A stretch of DNA of 52,414 bases from Macrostomum lignano (Eukaryota), in NCBI GenBank assembly GCA_002269645.1, contig NIVC01002980.1, positions 1 to 52,414 on the forward strand. Reading direction: 5' to 3'. Position 1 is the stretch's first letter, and each line of letters starts with the position of its first letter. The notes under the pieces were generated by a model, which made no database searches, had not been told where the DNA came from, and saw only the letters and a list, made by a program, of their open reading frames with translations. A program made the translations under genes and the position numbers. Positions 49,720 to 52,414 of the stretch are shown piece by piece.

Positions 49720-52213
49720 TCAGTCGCTCCTGACCGCCGCCGAGTCCTCCTCGCCCACCTCCTCGATGCTGGCGATCTGCCTGGCGTCCGCCTCCGCCCG
49801 GCTCCTCCACCGCTCCTTGTTGCTCGCCAGCAGCTCCAGTGGCCGCCAGGTCGCCTCATTCGGCGGCGTTGACTGCGGTGGCGGGGGCGGCGAAGTCGGC
49901 GGCTCCGGCGGCGGCTTCGCTTCGTCGGCGTTCTCGGGCTCCGCGGCCTCCTCGCTCTGCTGCTCGTCGATGTCGTCGCTGGCCTTCTTGCTGAGCTCCT
50001 GGACGCCGTTCAGCAGCTGCAGCAGGGTGCGGAAGCACGGCTCCACGATGTACTCGATGAAGCCTTCGGGAGGGATCGGACAGGTGAAAGTCATGGACAG
50101 CTGAACGCGCAAGGACGCCGCGCTTCCAAACCGTACGAAATGGACTGGAGAACCTTTAAGCCTATAGCCGAAGCTAAAATCGGGTTTCTAGAGTTAAGCA
50201 GAGGTGGTCGCGGTTAGTACGCAGTTAAATGGGATCATTATTACATGTTCGACCCTCGAGGTGGCCGCAGTGAGCCCGCAAGGCTGATCGGCAGGAGTTT
50301 CTGTGTTTCCAGTGTGCATTTGTCCTGAATTTACATCCTTCTACATAGTACAGAGGGCAAGAATATCGGTTTCAACAGCTACTCTCGCTTCCCTGGGCAT
50401 CTCCTGAGGGCTTCCCTACCCCCTATCAATGATTCAGGAATTTGAGAAAGCCAGAAGCCGGAGCTGGAGATGCTCAGATACTTCCCCATAGCCCAGCCTC
50501 CTTGCGGGGTTGGGATGGATTTTTTTTGAAAGAATGAATTGAAGAGCGGGGCTGCAGGGACTCCAGCCACAAGATCCTTGTCTGCCTGTCCGCTGCTTCC
50601 CATCCGCTGCTTCAAGGCGCTCTGCCCGGTGCTCACACGGCAGGAAAAGGGCAGGAATCCCCGCAGCTGCGCAGCCTGCGGAAGACAGCTGGGCCAATCT
50701 TCCCGTTCCCCAGCCAAGCTTTTATCTCGCCTCTCGATTCCCCTCCCCCACTCTGTCCCCCCGCCTCGCCCGCGAAGGCAGATCTCAGCCAGTTATTCAG
50801 TTGCCACAATTCGATTGCAGGTGTCCCCTCGCCTTGGTTTCCCGTCACCGCGTCGAGCTGAAATCGAATTATTCAGTTCTCTGTTCGACACGATTTGCGC
50901 TTCGCGAACTCTGATTTACTGATCAGCTGAGCCTCTGCGTCCCCTGAGCGTCCTCTACTCAGCGAGCCAGGTGAGCAGTAAGGTCACTGAGTGATTGGGG
51001 GAGTGAGCAGGGAGGTGACTGAGTGATTGGGGAGTGAGCAGGGAGGTCACTGAGTGATTGGGGGAGTGAGCAGGGAGGTGACTGAGTGATTGGGGGAGTG
51101 AGCAGGGAGGTGACTGAGTGATTGGGGAGTGAGCAGGGAGGTGACTGAGTGATTGGGGGAGTGAGCAGGGAGGTGACTGAGTGATTGGGGAGTGAGCAGG
51201 GAGGTGACTGAGTGATTGGGGGAGTGAGCAGGGAGGTGACTGAGTGATTGGGGGAGTGAGCAGGGAGGTGACTGAGTGATTGGGGGGAGTGAGCAGGGTG
51301 ACTGATCCAGTCTCTTTTTCTCTCTTATCTGCAAGCTTCAATCCAAAATTCCCAAGCCCCAGGCGCCATTCATTATCATACAAAAATTTCATTCAAAGCG
51401 ACGGCTCGCAGCCAGGAAATCCCTATTATGAAATCCCTCTGGGGACTGCGAGACTTGCGCGGACAATCTTAGGGAGAATTATCCTCATAACTGAAGGCAG
51501 CAGACCGGCTACCTCGATAAATTACTGTTGCTGGCTTCGAGAAAATTTCTCAGTTACGAGCTACGTCCCGAGTTCTCTAAGAATACCAGCTGCCTTCCGA
51601 AATGTCAATAATGTCATTGCCGTTACTGAGAGCAACCAGTCTCCACGGATGCCCTGATCCCCACGGATGCCCTGATCCCACGGATGCCCTGATCCCCACG
51701 GATGCCCTGATCCCCACGGATGCCCTGATCCCCACGGATGCCCTGATCCCCACGGATGCCCTGATCCCCACGGATGCCCTGATCCCCACGGATGCCCTGA
51801 TCCCCACGGATGCCCTGATCCCCACGGATGCCCTGATCCCCACGGATGCCCTGATCCTTTCCAGTCTCACCGACTTGCGAGGCAGCTATCATCGTCTTCT
51901 CCCGGTCGCACAGCGGGCTGCACTGCATCCCCAGCTGCTTCTCCTTGTCGCCCTGGGCAAAGAACTCCTCGCTGAGCAGGTGCGTCCAGCGCTCGTGCAG
52001 CGACCAGCCCTTGGCGGGGTGGCTGATGTCGGCCGAGTGCAGGATGTAGGACAGAATTTCCACCCGGGCAGGTTCTCCGGACACAGGCTGCCCTCCTTCA
52101 TGGCGGACACCTGGGCAAAGTGGGTGGACATGTCCGTGGCCAGCACCATGTCGATGACCATCGAGCGGAACTGACGGAACTCCACGTGGCCCATGTTCTG
52201 CAGGATGTTGCAC
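49720..52213 (-). CDS. PDE1: 3' exons of a PDE1-like 3',5'-cyclic nucleotide phosphodiesterase (51871-52213, 49720-50063); upstream exons outside the window
   Basis: MVLATDMSTHF...ILHSADISHPAK.W.LH.RW...EEFF.QGDKE..LG...SPLCDR...SQVG|FIEYIVEP.F with a phase-1 GT-AG junction. One 1-bp deletion at ~52066. The end of the last exon is inferred from the stop codon. Confidence 0.85.
50975..51302. repeat. ~32-bp G-rich minisatellite, ~10 copies (PDE intron)
   Basis: Unit gtgactgagtgattgggggagtgagcagggag. Confidence 0.95.
51644..51857. repeat. ~18-bp minisatellite, ~12 copies (PDE intron, next to the donor)
   Basis: Unit ccacggatgccctgatcc. Confidence 0.95.
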
Positions 52214-52414
52214 CTGCGGGGTAATTGGTTGTGGACTCGTTGCCAAGCGAAGCTGGTGCCGCAACAAAATCTGCTGCTATGTTTCTTTAGTTTTTCTGGC
52301 AACGAGCTGCTGACGCTACAGGCGCCCTACTGGCGCGAGGACAGGGGCGCTCTCAGCGTCTGCCCGCATTCTGTCGGCGGCATGACCGATGTTCGCGCCT
52401 TTGAACTGGTGTGT

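Noticed and set aside
50379-50922. ORFs in the PDE intron (LRGFL-like RT fragment)
   Set aside because: Only a four-residue similarity with no supporting motifs.
51623-51870. Collagen-like (IRGDQG)n C-terminal extension of PDE
   Set aside because: It lies beyond the GT donor at 51870; the conserved SQVG|FIEY junction shows it is intronic.

Overview
Eukaryotic (animal) genomic DNA, most likely a flatworm such as Macrostomum. That assignment is inferred from GC-rich exons, minisatellite-filled introns and a two-domain p40-type small HSP. The window contains, in order: (1) a Ty3/Gypsy LTR retrotransposon (1 to ~8790; 5' LTR outside the window) with a CCHC Gag, a UUUAAAC -1 frameshift signal, a Pol that appears to begin with a cold-shock (Y-box-like) domain plus coiled coil before PR-RT-RH-IN, and a 3' UTR array of five covarying RNA hairpins; (2) tetra-ubiquitin, a Der p 7/Grp7-like secreted lipid-binding gene and PGAP4/TMEM246; (3) an AT-rich, CpG-depleted zone of decayed TEs and MITEs; (4) an internally deleted Mag-type Gypsy with a 3' LTR; (5) a minus-strand run of intron-poor, lower-GC genes: HEPN-TPR-Sel1-MYND, a cGAS-like (Mab-21) nucleotidyltransferase with intact catalytic motifs, and an atypical ankyrin-repeat protein; (6) an HSE-driven double alpha-crystallin sHSP and the 3' exons of a PDE1-like phosphodiesterase. 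Many reading frames are broken by single missing bases, all in the same direction, which suggests long-read consensus errors. All domain calls come from reading motifs by eye; no searches were run.
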